Below, in pieces: positions 48,095-57,785 of a stretch of DNA of 64,000 bases (the first letter of the stretch is position 1; every line of letters begins with the position of its first letter). The notes under the pieces are model-generated. The model was not told where the DNA came from. It did no database searches and saw only the letters and a list, made by a program, of their open reading frames with translations. Source of the stretch: a virus. A program made the translations under genes and the position numbers. The stretch lies in the IMG/VR virus record IMGVR_UViG_3300005673_000003, positions 64,001 through 128,000 of that record; one strand, given 5' to 3'.

Positions 48095-49189
48095 TTAGAA
48101 CGTGCCAGCGTCAATCGTGGTTAGAGCGGCGAATGCGGTATCAATGGCTGTCGCAGTCCTTGCGTCAACCGCGCTATCGAAATCAGTGATTTTAGAGACG
48201 GTCAGATCATTCCCGATGTGAGCGGCAGCGATCGGTGTTGCTTGCCAGGTTCCCGTTGTGATGGCTCCAACGGTTACTATCGAGGACTGGCCTGCATAGG
48301 CAGAGTCAATGCTTATCGTATTGCCGGATTGAGTTAGTCCGGTGCCAGCGATCGTACTACCTCCTCCGCTGAATGCGGTGAACGTCAGTCCGGTTACACC
48401 TAAAGAGATTGGGCCAGGAGTAATCAGGCTGAATCCCAATCCAGCATTAACTATCCCCTCCTCCACGAAGGTGTACATCCCTGTAGTCACCTTCTCGGAA
48501 GTATCTGAATCGGATGCCCTAACAAGTGCCTCCCCTTCCCCGGCAAAGATGTAAATCCCGTTTGTTTCTGGTGTAGTCTGGTTTTTCACCAGAATCCTAT
48601 CTCCAGGATTGAGCGTGATACCATCTAGAACTGTTGGAGTGGTCGGTATATGCTCTGTGGTAGCCGCTCTAACCGATGCTTTAATATCTAAGCCCTGCAC
48701 CAATCCATCGGCATAGGCTTTGTTGACAAGATCAGTTCCAGCGAGTGGAGTACCTGCATTAGTGACTCGATAGCCCCCTAAATTGAGGTTGGCCCCAGAA
48801 GTTGCAAGCTGATCCAATCTCAGCAGTGCTGCCGCTGCCTGAGCCGCAGTTGTGAAATTGCCAATTTTCGTATGGGTCAAATCTGGAATATCGGATTCCG
48901 CTAAATTAGCTCCAGCAACTACTCTCCCCTTCGCGTCTACGCTGACTTTTGTGTAATCACCTGAAGTTACGCCGCTATTAGCCAGGGTGACATTAATCGA
49001 AGTGCTGCCAATTCCACTCACATCTCCTGACAAGGAGATTGCTTGGTTGGCAAGCAAATCTTTCGGGGTGCCGTCAGCCTTAATAATGACAGCATCTTCC
49101 CCGCCGTTCAATAGGAGCATTTCGCCCCATTCATAGCTGGGAGGGAGTAATCCGCTTAAAGATCTCCGCAATAGAATCTTAGTCATCAA
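48095..49189 (-). CDS. Tail fibre protein
   Basis: GVTSGDYTKVSVDAKGRV, LDIKASVRAATT, GDRILVKNQT...NGIY. Confidence 0.8.
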   Translation of the reverse strand: MMTKILLRRSLSGLLPPSYEWGEMLLLNGGEDAVIIKADGTPKDLLANQAISLSGDVSGIGSTSINVTLANSGVTSGDYTKVSVDAKGRVVAGANLAESDIPDLTHTKIGNFTTAAQAAAALLRLDQLATSGANLNLGGYRVTNAGTPLAGTDLVNKAYADGLVQGLDIKASVRAATTEHIPTTPTVLDGITLNPGDRILVKNQTTPETNGIYIFAGEGEALVRASDSDTSEKVTTGMYTFVEEGIVNAGLGFSLITPGPISLGVTGLTFTAFSGGGSTIAGTGLTQSGNTISIDSAYAGQSSIVTVGAITTGTWQATPIAAAHIGNDLTVSKITDFDSAVDARTATAIDTAFAALTTIDAGTF

Positions 49190-49209
49190 AAACCTCGATA
49201 ATTGATTGA

Positions 49210-51621
49210 TTAAAATATCCCACCGTCCAGTACTCCTCCTCCTGAGCCTCCCCCTCCTGCCACCTCGATCGCAGTTACCCGACTATCAAGCGCGGTGATA
49301 TTTCCAGTTGCTCCGACCATCTGAGCCAAGAGAAACTGAATCTGCCCTGGAATCGGGAAAATCTGTTGCAATGCAAAATCATTGAGGTACACGCCGTTAT
49401 CCTGGACATGCAAGCCCCAATCCCCAGAAGCGCTTCTGATTGATGTCTCGCCGGAAATTGCAGTCTGAGCAGCGGATACGTTAATCCTGCTTCCGCTAGC
49501 CTGGACGCTTGATAGAGCGGTCTGCCCAGTCTTATCGAACCCTTGCAGGAGCGCCCCCAGTTTCGGATCTAAGGTCAATCCACCAGATCCCTTGCCGATA
49601 ACTTGCATCACCATCTTGCCGAGGGATTTCATCAAGCCACCATCTTTGCCAAAATCAAAACCCCCATAAGGACTCTGAGCACCAACTCCTTTCTCTGTTG
49701 CATACACTCGATGTTTGCCGAGCTTGGCACGCAATTCGCTTGTGAATTTATCAACCTGCACTTTCGCTCTAGCAATCTGCTCACCAATTGAATTCACAAA
49801 TTTAGTCAACTGCTTTTGAGCATCCCCCAACATCTGCCCGAACTGCTGAGTCAGCCCGGAGAACATCTGCGAGAGCATCTGCGATGGATTGCCAGTCAGG
49901 GAGCCAAGGCCGCTTAAACCAGGCAAACTGGTGATACCGGAGAGCATCTGTGAGAGGTTGCTAAATTGCCCTTTAGCGATCGCATCGGTTAATTTCTGCA
50001 TATCCGGCAAGGCATTGCTAAATGGCAACGCTTTTGTCAGGCTGCTGATTGTCTGCCCATTGAACCCCTTCGCAATACTGCCCAGCATTCCAGTGATGCC
50101 AGCTTCAAAATCTCCCCCATTAACCAATCCCTTGATCAGCGACGGGGAAATGAATCCCTGTAATTCTTTAGGGAGCGTGCCAAGTATTTGAGCGGGAATA
50201 TCCTGCAATCGTTGCTGTTGCTGCTCTAATTGCTGAGCGATTGGCAGCGTCTGCGATGGCAGCAGTGGGGCCGTACCTTCCAGAATTGACTTAGCCTCAT
50301 CGAACAGATTGGAGATTGGCTCTACCTTATCTGCAATCCCCAGAGCAGACAGATTCTTGAAGCTATCGTAGCCCTCTGGCAGCGCTTTGCTCAAGATAAA
50401 CTCTGCCTGCAAATCCAGTGAGTGACCCAAGCCTTTTAGTACATTTATATTTGCTGCCGATTCTTCAATGGGTTGAGTAAGTACATCAGAAGCGCTTAAA
50501 AAGCGATTGATTTCTGATAAGGAGGGTTTCTGTGCCAGAATCTCTTGCAGCGCTGGCAGGAGCGCCCCTATACCGCTGGCTACGCTTGCCTCTACCTGAT
50601 CAAATAAAGTTTGCCCCAGGTCAGCGATTGGCTGTTTCTGAATCTCCTTTAATACGTTTATACCAGTTTGCAAAGTAGAGCCAATCCCGTTGCTTAGCTG
50701 CCCCAGGAACTCGCTTGCACTGGTAGCTAGCTCCGCTAAGCTCTCCTGATTAGCTGTACTACTCCCTGTACTACTCCCCAGATTTCCCAGAAGCGTACTT
50801 GATAACCCCAGATTTTTAAGCAGCTCTTGAGCTTGTCCAAGCTGCCCTCCCAGAAGCTTTTTAGCCTGGTTTTTTAATCCGGTCAGCTCCGGTGCTGGCC
50901 CCAGCAGTTCAGACGTACCAGGCTCAAGTTTTAGCTCATTTTTGGAGGCTTCCGCTCGGAGGTAAGCGCGGCCATCGGCGGTTAGAATCTGAGTTGCATC
51001 GCCTGCAGAGCGTTGGGTAATCTGCCCGTCCTTACTTTGGACGATTGAGGATTTGCTATTTTCTACCCGATTGGTGCCATCTTGTTGCAGATGATTCCTG
51101 GCTCCCCCTTGGGTCTGGTCGATTTTATCTCCGGTGCGAGTTACTTGGCTGGTGACTCCATGCGGGAAGGCATGGGTTTCCTCGGTATTGCGATCGTCTT
51201 TGATTTTGAATATCTGGCCCGGTGATTGGGTACCATGCACCTCGATACTCCGGTCAAAGATGGGGTTAGGTTTATCTACTCTGCTATGTAAGGCTCCCAG
51301 CATAAGCATATATTTCGGGTTGCCAAACATGGGCAGTAAGGCAACCTGGCTCCCTGGCTGGAGGTAGCGATGCGCTCCCCCTTCCTTGCCATTGCAAACG
51401 TACTCCTCCAGCACCCATACCATGCCGTCCCAAGAGTTCGGCAAAGTCTGATTTATTGCCAGTAAATCGCACTGCACTTTAACTCGCCCCAAGCCTTCTG
51501 GATCATCCGATGACTCGATTCGATTCAAAATCGCAGGCACCCAGCCGCTTATAAGTCCCTGCTGAGCTTGGGGAGTATGCGCTTCTGGTAAATCTGGCCT
51601 GACAAGTTTCTCGAACGACAT
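49210..51621 (-). CDS. Baseplate spike (gp5/gpV/VgrG OB-fold) with long helical insertion
   Basis: DDPEGLGRVKV...PGSQV..L...G.P. Confidence 0.7.
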   Translation of the reverse strand: MSFEKLVRPDLPEAHTPQAQQGLISGWVPAILNRIESSDDPEGLGRVKVQCDLLAINQTLPNSWDGMVWVLEEYVCNGKEGGAHRYLQPGSQVALLPMFGNPKYMLMLGALHSRVDKPNPIFDRSIEVHGTQSPGQIFKIKDDRNTEETHAFPHGVTSQVTRTGDKIDQTQGGARNHLQQDGTNRVENSKSSIVQSKDGQITQRSAGDATQILTADGRAYLRAEASKNELKLEPGTSELLGPAPELTGLKNQAKKLLGGQLGQAQELLKNLGLSSTLLGNLGSSTGSSTANQESLAELATSASEFLGQLSNGIGSTLQTGINVLKEIQKQPIADLGQTLFDQVEASVASGIGALLPALQEILAQKPSLSEINRFLSASDVLTQPIEESAANINVLKGLGHSLDLQAEFILSKALPEGYDSFKNLSALGIADKVEPISNLFDEAKSILEGTAPLLPSQTLPIAQQLEQQQQRLQDIPAQILGTLPKELQGFISPSLIKGLVNGGDFEAGITGMLGSIAKGFNGQTISSLTKALPFSNALPDMQKLTDAIAKGQFSNLSQMLSGITSLPGLSGLGSLTGNPSQMLSQMFSGLTQQFGQMLGDAQKQLTKFVNSIGEQIARAKVQVDKFTSELRAKLGKHRVYATEKGVGAQSPYGGFDFGKDGGLMKSLGKMVMQVIGKGSGGLTLDPKLGALLQGFDKTGQTALSSVQASGSRINVSAAQTAISGETSIRSASGDWGLHVQDNGVYLNDFALQQIFPIPGQIQFLLAQMVGATGNITALDSRVTAIEVAGGGGSGGGVLDGGIF

Positions 51622-51643
51622 AGAATTTTAGAATTCTAAATTT

Positions 51644-52111
51644 TTAGATTTTCATTTGTTTTTGCTGCTTCATTAGCGCTTGCCAGAAGCCCATTGCTTG
51701 CTCTCTAGTCCAGCCGCTTGCAGTGTGCTGAAAGACTTTTACATCGGTGGCAACCCGAAATCTCATGCCTTCATCTTCTGGATGTCGGACAACCAAAATG
51801 GAGTGAATATCGTCATCGACTATCAGGCTGTTCCCCGGTGCATCTGCTGGCGTAGGAGGCCGATAGAATGCATGGCAATGTGGATGCTCCTCAAAGTAAG
51901 CTCGGTCAGACTCCATCTGCTTATCAATAATCTCGCTTTTCTCTTCTGATAGCCGGAAGGGTTGAGCCTTTGCTGCCTGGGCCGCTCTAGATTCATCTAA
52001 TTGCTTGAATTGCCGGAGTTCATCTAATACAGATTTCCCTCTTGGCTTCTTCATCGGTTTTCGAGAGCTAATATCTGCCGATACGCTTTCATCAGAATTG
52101 ATTGATTCCAT
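51644..52111 (-). CDS. Hypothetical protein
   Basis: GAGG RBS and leader motif. Confidence 0.55.
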   Translation of the reverse strand: MESINSDESVSADISSRKPMKKPRGKSVLDELRQFKQLDESRAAQAAKAQPFRLSEEKSEIIDKQMESDRAYFEEHPHCHAFYRPPTPADAPGNSLIVDDDIHSILVVRHPEDEGMRFRVATDVKVFQHTASGWTREQAMGFWQALMKQQKQMKI

Positions 52112-52140
52112 ACCTACCTCTAAAATCGATTGATTATTGA

Positions 52141-53334
52141 TTATTGAACAAGTTGTATTTGGATATTCTGCTGAATCTCGGCAAGCTGCCAGGGTTCTAG
52201 CGTCAAGCTGGAGAATGCTTCCCCGGTTTCCGCATGGGTCAGCTCGACCGAGGGTACGGCATAAATCCCCTGCACCCGCTCCAGAATGCCTGCGATCGTC
52301 TTTTCAAGCTGCTTATCGCCCCAGATACCTCCTACAGAAGGAGGATTAAGGTTCTGCGAGATAGCCGCCGCTGCCAGATTAAATACCTCAAATTGAGTTA
52401 ACCCATCTATCGCCTTGACCTGGATTACTCCATTCAAAGGAATCACTTCAGCCGCAACTACCACCAGCCTTTCGTCCAGTAATCGGCGAGGTTCTAGCGC
52501 TGCTTCTACAATTGGCTGCATCGTTGCAGGGTAGATGGCAATGGTTCGCAGATCCCGAAAATACCCGTCTAATTCGGGCATCCGGCCTCTAATCACATTC
52601 ACCTTTGTTGCACCAGCCTGGAGCGCGAAGTAGGCATAATCCCGGTCGGTCAAACAGCGATCGCCAGTCCTTAGCCAATCCCTAGTCCTCAGTACCGCAT
52701 CAATCAGCCGCTCTGCATCCCTGCCAGGGGTAACTACTCCCTCGCTGGCAACCGTATCCACGAACGGCACTCCTCGCGCCATCTGATTGAATTCACCATC
52801 TACCAGATTTGTAATTATTCCTGGCTGGCTAATCCGGCAAGGCACCAAAGCGGAATCATCCGTGATTGGAATGTCGGTTTCGACAATGGTGTAAGCACTC
52901 CGGCTACTATCGTAGAAGCTCCGAATTTCTAGCCCTGCTGGAACAGTCACCGGGATGTTATTGGCAACTGCGTCCGCACTGCGAGAAAACCGAACATTGA
53001 TAATTGGATACTCTGCTTCTCGGAGCGTCGTGCCCAGTAGCCGCAACCACTCCAAGATAGTCCCATCCGGCACAAGGTTCATCTCATGCGCGGCTAAGCT
53101 TTGCAGGTAGATCAGCACCCCGGCAAAGATGGCATGAGCACTGCCCGGAGTCTTCGCACTAAAAGGCGATGGATCTCCATTGGGTAAAGGCTGAGCCAAT
53201 CGATCCATGATGGCAGCATAAAGCGCATCATTATCGAATGGATATAACTCCTTGGCAGCGACCAGGCTCGGATCCTGCTGTAGAGCGGATTCTAGCTCAT
53301 AGTACAGTCCGTAATCTGGCATACCATCTCCCAA
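52141..53334 (-). CDS. Baseplate wedge protein J/gp47-like
   Basis: WLRLLG, VPAG, GRDAE, DRCLTDRDY. Confidence 0.8.
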   Translation of the reverse strand: MGDGMPDYGLYYELESALQQDPSLVAAKELYPFDNDALYAAIMDRLAQPLPNGDPSPFSAKTPGSAHAIFAGVLIYLQSLAAHEMNLVPDGTILEWLRLLGTTLREAEYPIINVRFSRSADAVANNIPVTVPAGLEIRSFYDSSRSAYTIVETDIPITDDSALVPCRISQPGIITNLVDGEFNQMARGVPFVDTVASEGVVTPGRDAERLIDAVLRTRDWLRTGDRCLTDRDYAYFALQAGATKVNVIRGRMPELDGYFRDLRTIAIYPATMQPIVEAALEPRRLLDERLVVVAAEVIPLNGVIQVKAIDGLTQFEVFNLAAAAISQNLNPPSVGGIWGDKQLEKTIAGILERVQGIYAVPSVELTHAETGEAFSSLTLEPWQLAEIQQNIQIQLVQ

Positions 53335-53348
53335 AAATTGATTGATTA

Positions 53349-53771
53349 TTAATCGAAGTGAAAGCCTGGGTAACTGGCAACAACCCAGTTCTGCACTGCT
53401 TTTGCCAGCATCCTGGTTCTAAAGTCGAACCCTGCCCAAGCTGGGGAGCTAAAATGCATCCAGCTTTTCACGCTACACCAGAAGGCGATTGATGATTTAA
53501 GGAGTCTGCCTGATGCAGTATTCCAGTAGTTTTCGATCGCCGGATCCATGCCATAGCACCATTTAAGAAATTCTTCTTCCTCCCCCTTTAACTCCGGGTG
53601 CCTGGACAGAAAATCAGCTTTCCATATCTCAAAAGCTAACTGCTCATTCTCCGCCTTCAACCAATCCATCAAAGCGAACCAATTGATTGATTCATTGGGA
53701 TCTAATTGGCATTGATAGCGTCTCCATGCCAGTATTTGAGGATTTACTTGATTACCGTTTTCTGGTTGCAT
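53349..53771 (-). CDS. Hypothetical protein
   Basis: Overlaps the upstream ORF end, GGGAAG RBS. Confidence 0.5.
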   Translation of the reverse strand: MQPENGNQVNPQILAWRRYQCQLDPNESINWFALMDWLKAENEQLAFEIWKADFLSRHPELKGEEEEFLKWCYGMDPAIENYWNTASGRLLKSSIAFWCSVKSWMHFSSPAWAGFDFRTRMLAKAVQNWVVASYPGFHFD

Positions 53772-54006
53772 TTTCTATCTCTTCCCGCTGCTTCTCGTAT
53801 GTCTCCACCAGCTTTTTTGTGAAAAACTCCCGTCGAGAGATCGGGAGATTATAAATATCTTCAATCGAGGAGAATGGAGCTTGATCTCCCACCGTCAGGA
53901 AGAAAGCTACTTCGTTTAAGTAGCTTTCATCTACTCCCCTATTAAGCAGGGTAAGACAGAAAGGTAGGCAGATCCCGCCAGGGCACCTCCGCACTCCAGT
54001 CGTCAT
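53752..54006 (-). CDS. Small tail/baseplate chaperone partner, possibly made by -1 frameshift
   Basis: IEDIYNLPISRREFF motif; no start codon after the upstream stop. Confidence 0.55.
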   Translation of the reverse strand: MTTGVRRCPGGICLPFCLTLLNRGVDESYLNEVAFFLTVGDQAPFSSIEDIYNLPISRREFFTKKLVETYEKQREEIENATRKR

Positions 54007-54913
54007 AGCCGCAAGCGCGGCAAACCATCTCGATCGTCATCGCTGGCCCGAAATTAGAGACTTTATTGATGCACTTTTGGAGGTACGATCTATCCCTAGC
54101 AGTTAGCTGCTCATATAGCGCTTCGATGCCAGCGGCTGAGATTGCGGTACGGTCAGAGTTCATTGAATTGCCGTAAGCCTCTGATTCTGGGAGTCCCACC
54201 ACGGTATTAAGCAAAATCCGATGGTTTACCCGATACTCTGCCTGCCCATCCTTCGCCTGCTTTGCCATCCGCTTCAAATCGTAGAGCTTGGGAGCGCGAA
54301 TCTGGATGCGCTTAATAAAATCCTCGAAAACGGTTGCACCATCTGGCAGCACAATCTCAATAATCGGATGGGTCAACCCTTTGACCATCTGCACCTCTAC
54401 GGTACTCAAATCGGAGTATTCGCCTTCCCGGTCTTTGTTGACCGTTTGGCAGATTGGGCATTGACCCGATAGCTGCACATCTGGGCCAATCGCATCTAAC
54501 CGTAATTGGAGCAATACCTGCAACGCATCGGCTAGGAATAGGTTCTCGCAGAGTTTTTGTGTAGACAAGCTCTGACTCTTTGCTACTTCCGCGATCGGAG
54601 TGCCGCCAATCGTTTCAATCATTCGCGACAGGAAAACTGGAAGCACTTCTGCGATTTTGTCTCGATAGCGAGTCGTCAGGGCTGATAATTCAAGCTCGTC
54701 CTTACCTGTGAAGGCTTTGAGGGTAAAGCTCTGCTGCCGCTCCCCATTCGCATCAAACCAGCCTATCGGCAGAGTATGCTGACAGGCTGATAGTAAAGTG
54801 GTTTCAGTTGTAATACTATCCAATAAAGTGGCAGGTTTTGAAGCGTTCTCTACAACCTCTGGTGCTGATTGAAAACCTTGAGCTTCTGAGGTTGCTGCGG
54901 TTGTTTTAGCCAT
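53942..54913 (-). CDS. Baseplate hub/tail assembly chaperone (T4 gp26-like) with CxxC ribbons
   Basis: FTGKDE, CPIC, CRAC, ARDR.YL. Confidence 0.6.
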   Translation of the reverse strand: MAKTTAATSEAQGFQSAPEVVENASKPATLLDSITTETTLLSACQHTLPIGWFDANGERQQSFTLKAFTGKDELELSALTTRYRDKIAEVLPVFLSRMIETIGGTPIAEVAKSQSLSTQKLCENLFLADALQVLLQLRLDAIGPDVQLSGQCPICQTVNKDREGEYSDLSTVEVQMVKGLTHPIIEIVLPDGATVFEDFIKRIQIRAPKLYDLKRMAKQAKDGQAEYRVNHRILLNTVVGLPESEAYGNSMNSDRTAISAAGIEALYEQLTARDRSYLQKCINKVSNFGPAMTIEMVCRACGYDDWSAEVPWRDLPTFLSYPA

Positions 54914-54975
54914 AGAATTCCTATCATAGGTGCTTGTTAAAGCCTACAACAGAATTCCGTGAATGAGTTGAGTAT

Positions 54976-55470
54976 TTACAAACGGAAAGGCTCCAGGTTC
55001 TTGGGCAGGTATAGCGGATGGCTTGGCATTCCGGCCCCAGTGATTTTTAAGCAGTGCAAATCTGGAATCATCGCAGTTACCTGGCGGTGTCGATCCCTAT
55101 ACACTCCATGATTACCCCAGGCTGCAACAACGATTTTCGCTTTGGCAGCGCACTCTATCAGGTAGCGATCGTTCTCCTCGCCAATCGGCTCTGCCTGAGC
55201 TTTCATCACGTTTGGGTCAGTGGCCCGGTATGCAAAAATGTTGGTCATACAGAGCGCGGAATAACCCCAGCTTTTCGCGTATCGGATGCAGCGGCGAACG
55301 GTTGGATCGTCCTGCACCTCATCTGCGGTGCTGGGATTCAAAGCAATAAACATGCAAAAATTCGATTCCCAATCATCCCCCCATCTTCGCCAAAGAGTGT
55401 ATCGGTACTGGCGGCAAGGGGAGAATATCGCTATTTCTTGCGCGGCTGGAAAAATCGATAGCTGATTCAT
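54976..55470 (-). CDS. DUF1643-family protein
   Basis: YRYTLWRRW, LNPSTAD..DDPT.RR, NIFAYRATDP, AWG, HPLY. Confidence 0.9.
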   Translation of the reverse strand: MNQLSIFPAAQEIAIFSPCRQYRYTLWRRWGDDWESNFCMFIALNPSTADEVQDDPTVRRCIRYAKSWGYSALCMTNIFAYRATDPNVMKAQAEPIGEENDRYLIECAAKAKIVVAAWGNHGVYRDRHRQVTAMIPDLHCLKITGAGMPSHPLYLPKNLEPFRL

Positions 55471-55557
55471 TGCTGGCTGATAATTGATTGGATTATTACT
55501 GGGGCGCGGGTTATGCCCCTACTGCTAGACTTTAGCGATCGCTGATCTTTAAGTATC

Positions 55558-55706
55558 GCTTACATCGTCATTATGTCTTATTTCGGGCGGGAGTAGCGAT
55601 ATCGCTCATATAAGGATTTGGTCGCGCTTTTCGGCCAGGTATAAGCAGGATGAGTCAAACAGGTCTTGCCATTCTCGCATAGATGAGACATAATGACGAT
55701 GTAAGC
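55558..55706. repeat. Perfect 21-bp inverted repeat flanking a 107-bp segment that contains a -35 box
   Basis: GCTTACATCGTCATTATGTCT (55558-55578) and AGACATAATGACGATGTAAGC (55686-55706). Confidence 0.85.
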
Positions 55707-55733
55707 AAATCAATCAATTATCGGAGAAGCGCA

Positions 55734-56501
55734 ATGATTACCGTTACCAATAACTACCCCAAGGATCTGAAAGCCGCTATCGCTCATGAATTGTTCACCC
55801 CCAACGCTAAGCCTAAGAAAGCCGATCTAATTGCGGCTATCGAAGATTACAACGCTAAGCAATTAGAGGGTAGAGATGCCATCTCTACCGAGCCTGAAGC
55901 CGTTGCAGTTGCCAGCGAAGCGACTGAGCAAGTAACCGAGCTTGCCATCCCTGCAGTTATCGATCAGAATTTGAAAAAGGTGCTGGAACCCGATGTTCTT
56001 GAGTCTACCGAATCTGAAAAGCAATTAAATGATGAAATGGCTGCGTTCTTGAACAAGAAGCATGAAGAAGCTTATGGGGATGCAAAGCCAAAAGCAAAGG
56101 CTAAAAAGAGTGCTCCCAAAAAAGAATGGAGTACTCAGGATGATGAAATTCTAAGAAAGGCTTGCGAAGCTGGCAAAGCAGATAGATTTAATCGGGCAAA
56201 ATTTATCCTTGAATTAGTAGAAAGAGGTCAATCGATTAAAGAGATCGCATCAAGAATGGGTTTATCTACGAGTAAGGTTCAGCGTGAATCTAAAGCAATG
56301 CAAGTCTACAATCTAAGCCAGATCGTCAAGCAACTCTACGCAGATCAACAGTTATCCTGGGCAGCAATTCATGATGAGCTTGCGATTAAATCCATCAAAG
56401 ATACAAGCGTCGAGCAGTTTGATAAATTAGCCGCTGAAGTAGCAGGACGCAGGAAGCGTAAATCTAAACTAAATCAATCTAATGAGATTCAATCTGCCTA
56501 G
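55734..56501 (+). CDS. ParB/KorB-type HTH protein lacking the ParB N-terminal domain
   Basis: GQSIKEIASRMGLSTSKVQR...L...VKQL....LSW; start after leader motif and GGAG. Confidence 0.6.
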   Translation: MITVTNNYPKDLKAAIAHELFTPNAKPKKADLIAAIEDYNAKQLEGRDAISTEPEAVAVASEATEQVTELAIPAVIDQNLKKVLEPDVLESTESEKQLNDEMAAFLNKKHEEAYGDAKPKAKAKKSAPKKEWSTQDDEILRKACEAGKADRFNRAKFILELVERGQSIKEIASRMGLSTSKVQRESKAMQVYNLSQIVKQLYADQQLSWAAIHDELAIKSIKDTSVEQFDKLAAEVAGRRKRKSKLNQSNEIQSA

Positions 56502-56898
56502 TTAGATACTGTAGCCGCTTGCCAATAGATAATCCGATCATGGGATCAATGATCGGATTATCTACATACTTTCTGAAGGATAGATACCTTGAGCCAGCTA
56601 AAACAAGCAGTGCTGCATCCTGATTGAATTGCTCAAAGATTTGTCCTCCTACATGAAAAGCCCATTTATCCAGTTCATTTTTCGAGAAATCATTTAGCGT
56701 CAGATTGTACGGCTGAACCAGTTGGCTGGAATGAATTAAGTAATATTTGGCCGATAAAATGTAAATCGGCAGACCAAGTTTTTCTGCATATCCTCTTGAT
56801 TTAATAAATAAGCTGGATTTGTACAAATCGATCGCGGGTTCAGGTTTATTTGATTTTTGTTTGACGCATGAGATTAAACATGCTTGCGGCTGACTCAT
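56479..56898 (-). CDS. DUF6884-family protein
   Basis: LISCVKQK...AIDLY.S.LF...ILSAKY.LI...PYN.TL...LAG..Y...IGKRL. Confidence 0.8.
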   Translation of the reverse strand: MSQPQACLISCVKQKSNKPEPAIDLYKSSLFIKSRGYAEKLGLPIYILSAKYYLIHSSQLVQPYNLTLNDFSKNELDKWAFHVGGQIFEQFNQDAALLVLAGSRYLSFRKYVDNPIIDPMIGLSIGKRLQYLTRQIESH

Positions 56899-56913
56899 AA
56901 GTAACGACTCCAG

Positions 56914-57738
56914 TTAATTTCCACGAGGATACCCGATAAACTCTTTGGCTATCCTCGCAATGACCTGACCCCATGCGATCGCTGGATTCTCGTCAAGCTC
57001 CCCCTCTTGCTGCACCAGCTCGTAAGCTTGCTTGATTAACTCCATATCCTCATGAGACGCTTTGAAGAATACCGATACATGATCACCAGACTCTTCAAAG
57101 CGCTCCCCATGCTGGCCTTGCTGCCCCTGAAAGGTGCTTTGGATGCCGCTCCCCTGAGAACCCCCAGAAGCGTACTGCTCTCCTCCTCCCCCTGCCGCCG
57201 CTGTCGCTTCATTGCGGCGTTGCTGATTCGCCTGGTGGTCGCTGTAAGCATCCTGGAAGGAGCCGCTACTGCCGTAATTATCCCAATCCGCTTCTGATAG
57301 CTTGATCAGCTCGTTTAGCTCATTCTCGGTGTAGGGTACCGCCTTAATCGTATCCACTCCCATATCTTGCTGAATATCGGCCAGCAGCTTTGCTAGGTCG
57401 ATTTTATCCATCTCGCCTCGGGTGCTGTCCAGCACTACCGTCAGCTTCTTTGCTTCAGCGTCGGATAAGTCGTGGATGATATTGACGTAAATCACCTCCT
57501 CATCCTGCATCTCCTTCCAGCGATGCTCCCCATTAATGATCTGATATACCTCCTGTTTTTCGGGGTGGGGCCGCACCAGGATTTCCTCTACCTGCCCAAC
57601 CCAATCCAGCGACTCTCGTAGAGCCTCCTGGGTGCGCTCTTTCATTCGATTGGGATTCCAATCATTCGGCTCCAATTGACTGGGATGCAACGGAACCGCT
57701 CTCTCGATTTTGTACAAAGATGACAACATGATTTCCAC
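56914..57738 (-). CDS. ParB/Srx N-terminal-domain protein associated with dpdA
   Basis: PNDWNPN...ILVR...IINGEHRW. Confidence 0.85.
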   Translation of the reverse strand: MEIMLSSLYKIERAVPLHPSQLEPNDWNPNRMKERTQEALRESLDWVGQVEEILVRPHPEKQEVYQIINGEHRWKEMQDEEVIYVNIIHDLSDAEAKKLTVVLDSTRGEMDKIDLAKLLADIQQDMGVDTIKAVPYTENELNELIKLSEADWDNYGSSGSFQDAYSDHQANQQRRNEATAAAGGGGEQYASGGSQGSGIQSTFQGQQGQHGERFEESGDHVSVFFKASHEDMELIKQAYELVQQEGELDENPAIAWGQVIARIAKEFIGYPRGN

Positions 57739-57785
57739 CTATCTCCTATCTCGATTAATTGATTGATTTTCTGATGCGCTAGAAG

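Noticed and set aside
44001-54913. eCIS, tailocin or T6SS locus
   Set aside because: Portal, protease, capsid and replication genes are present, indicating a phage
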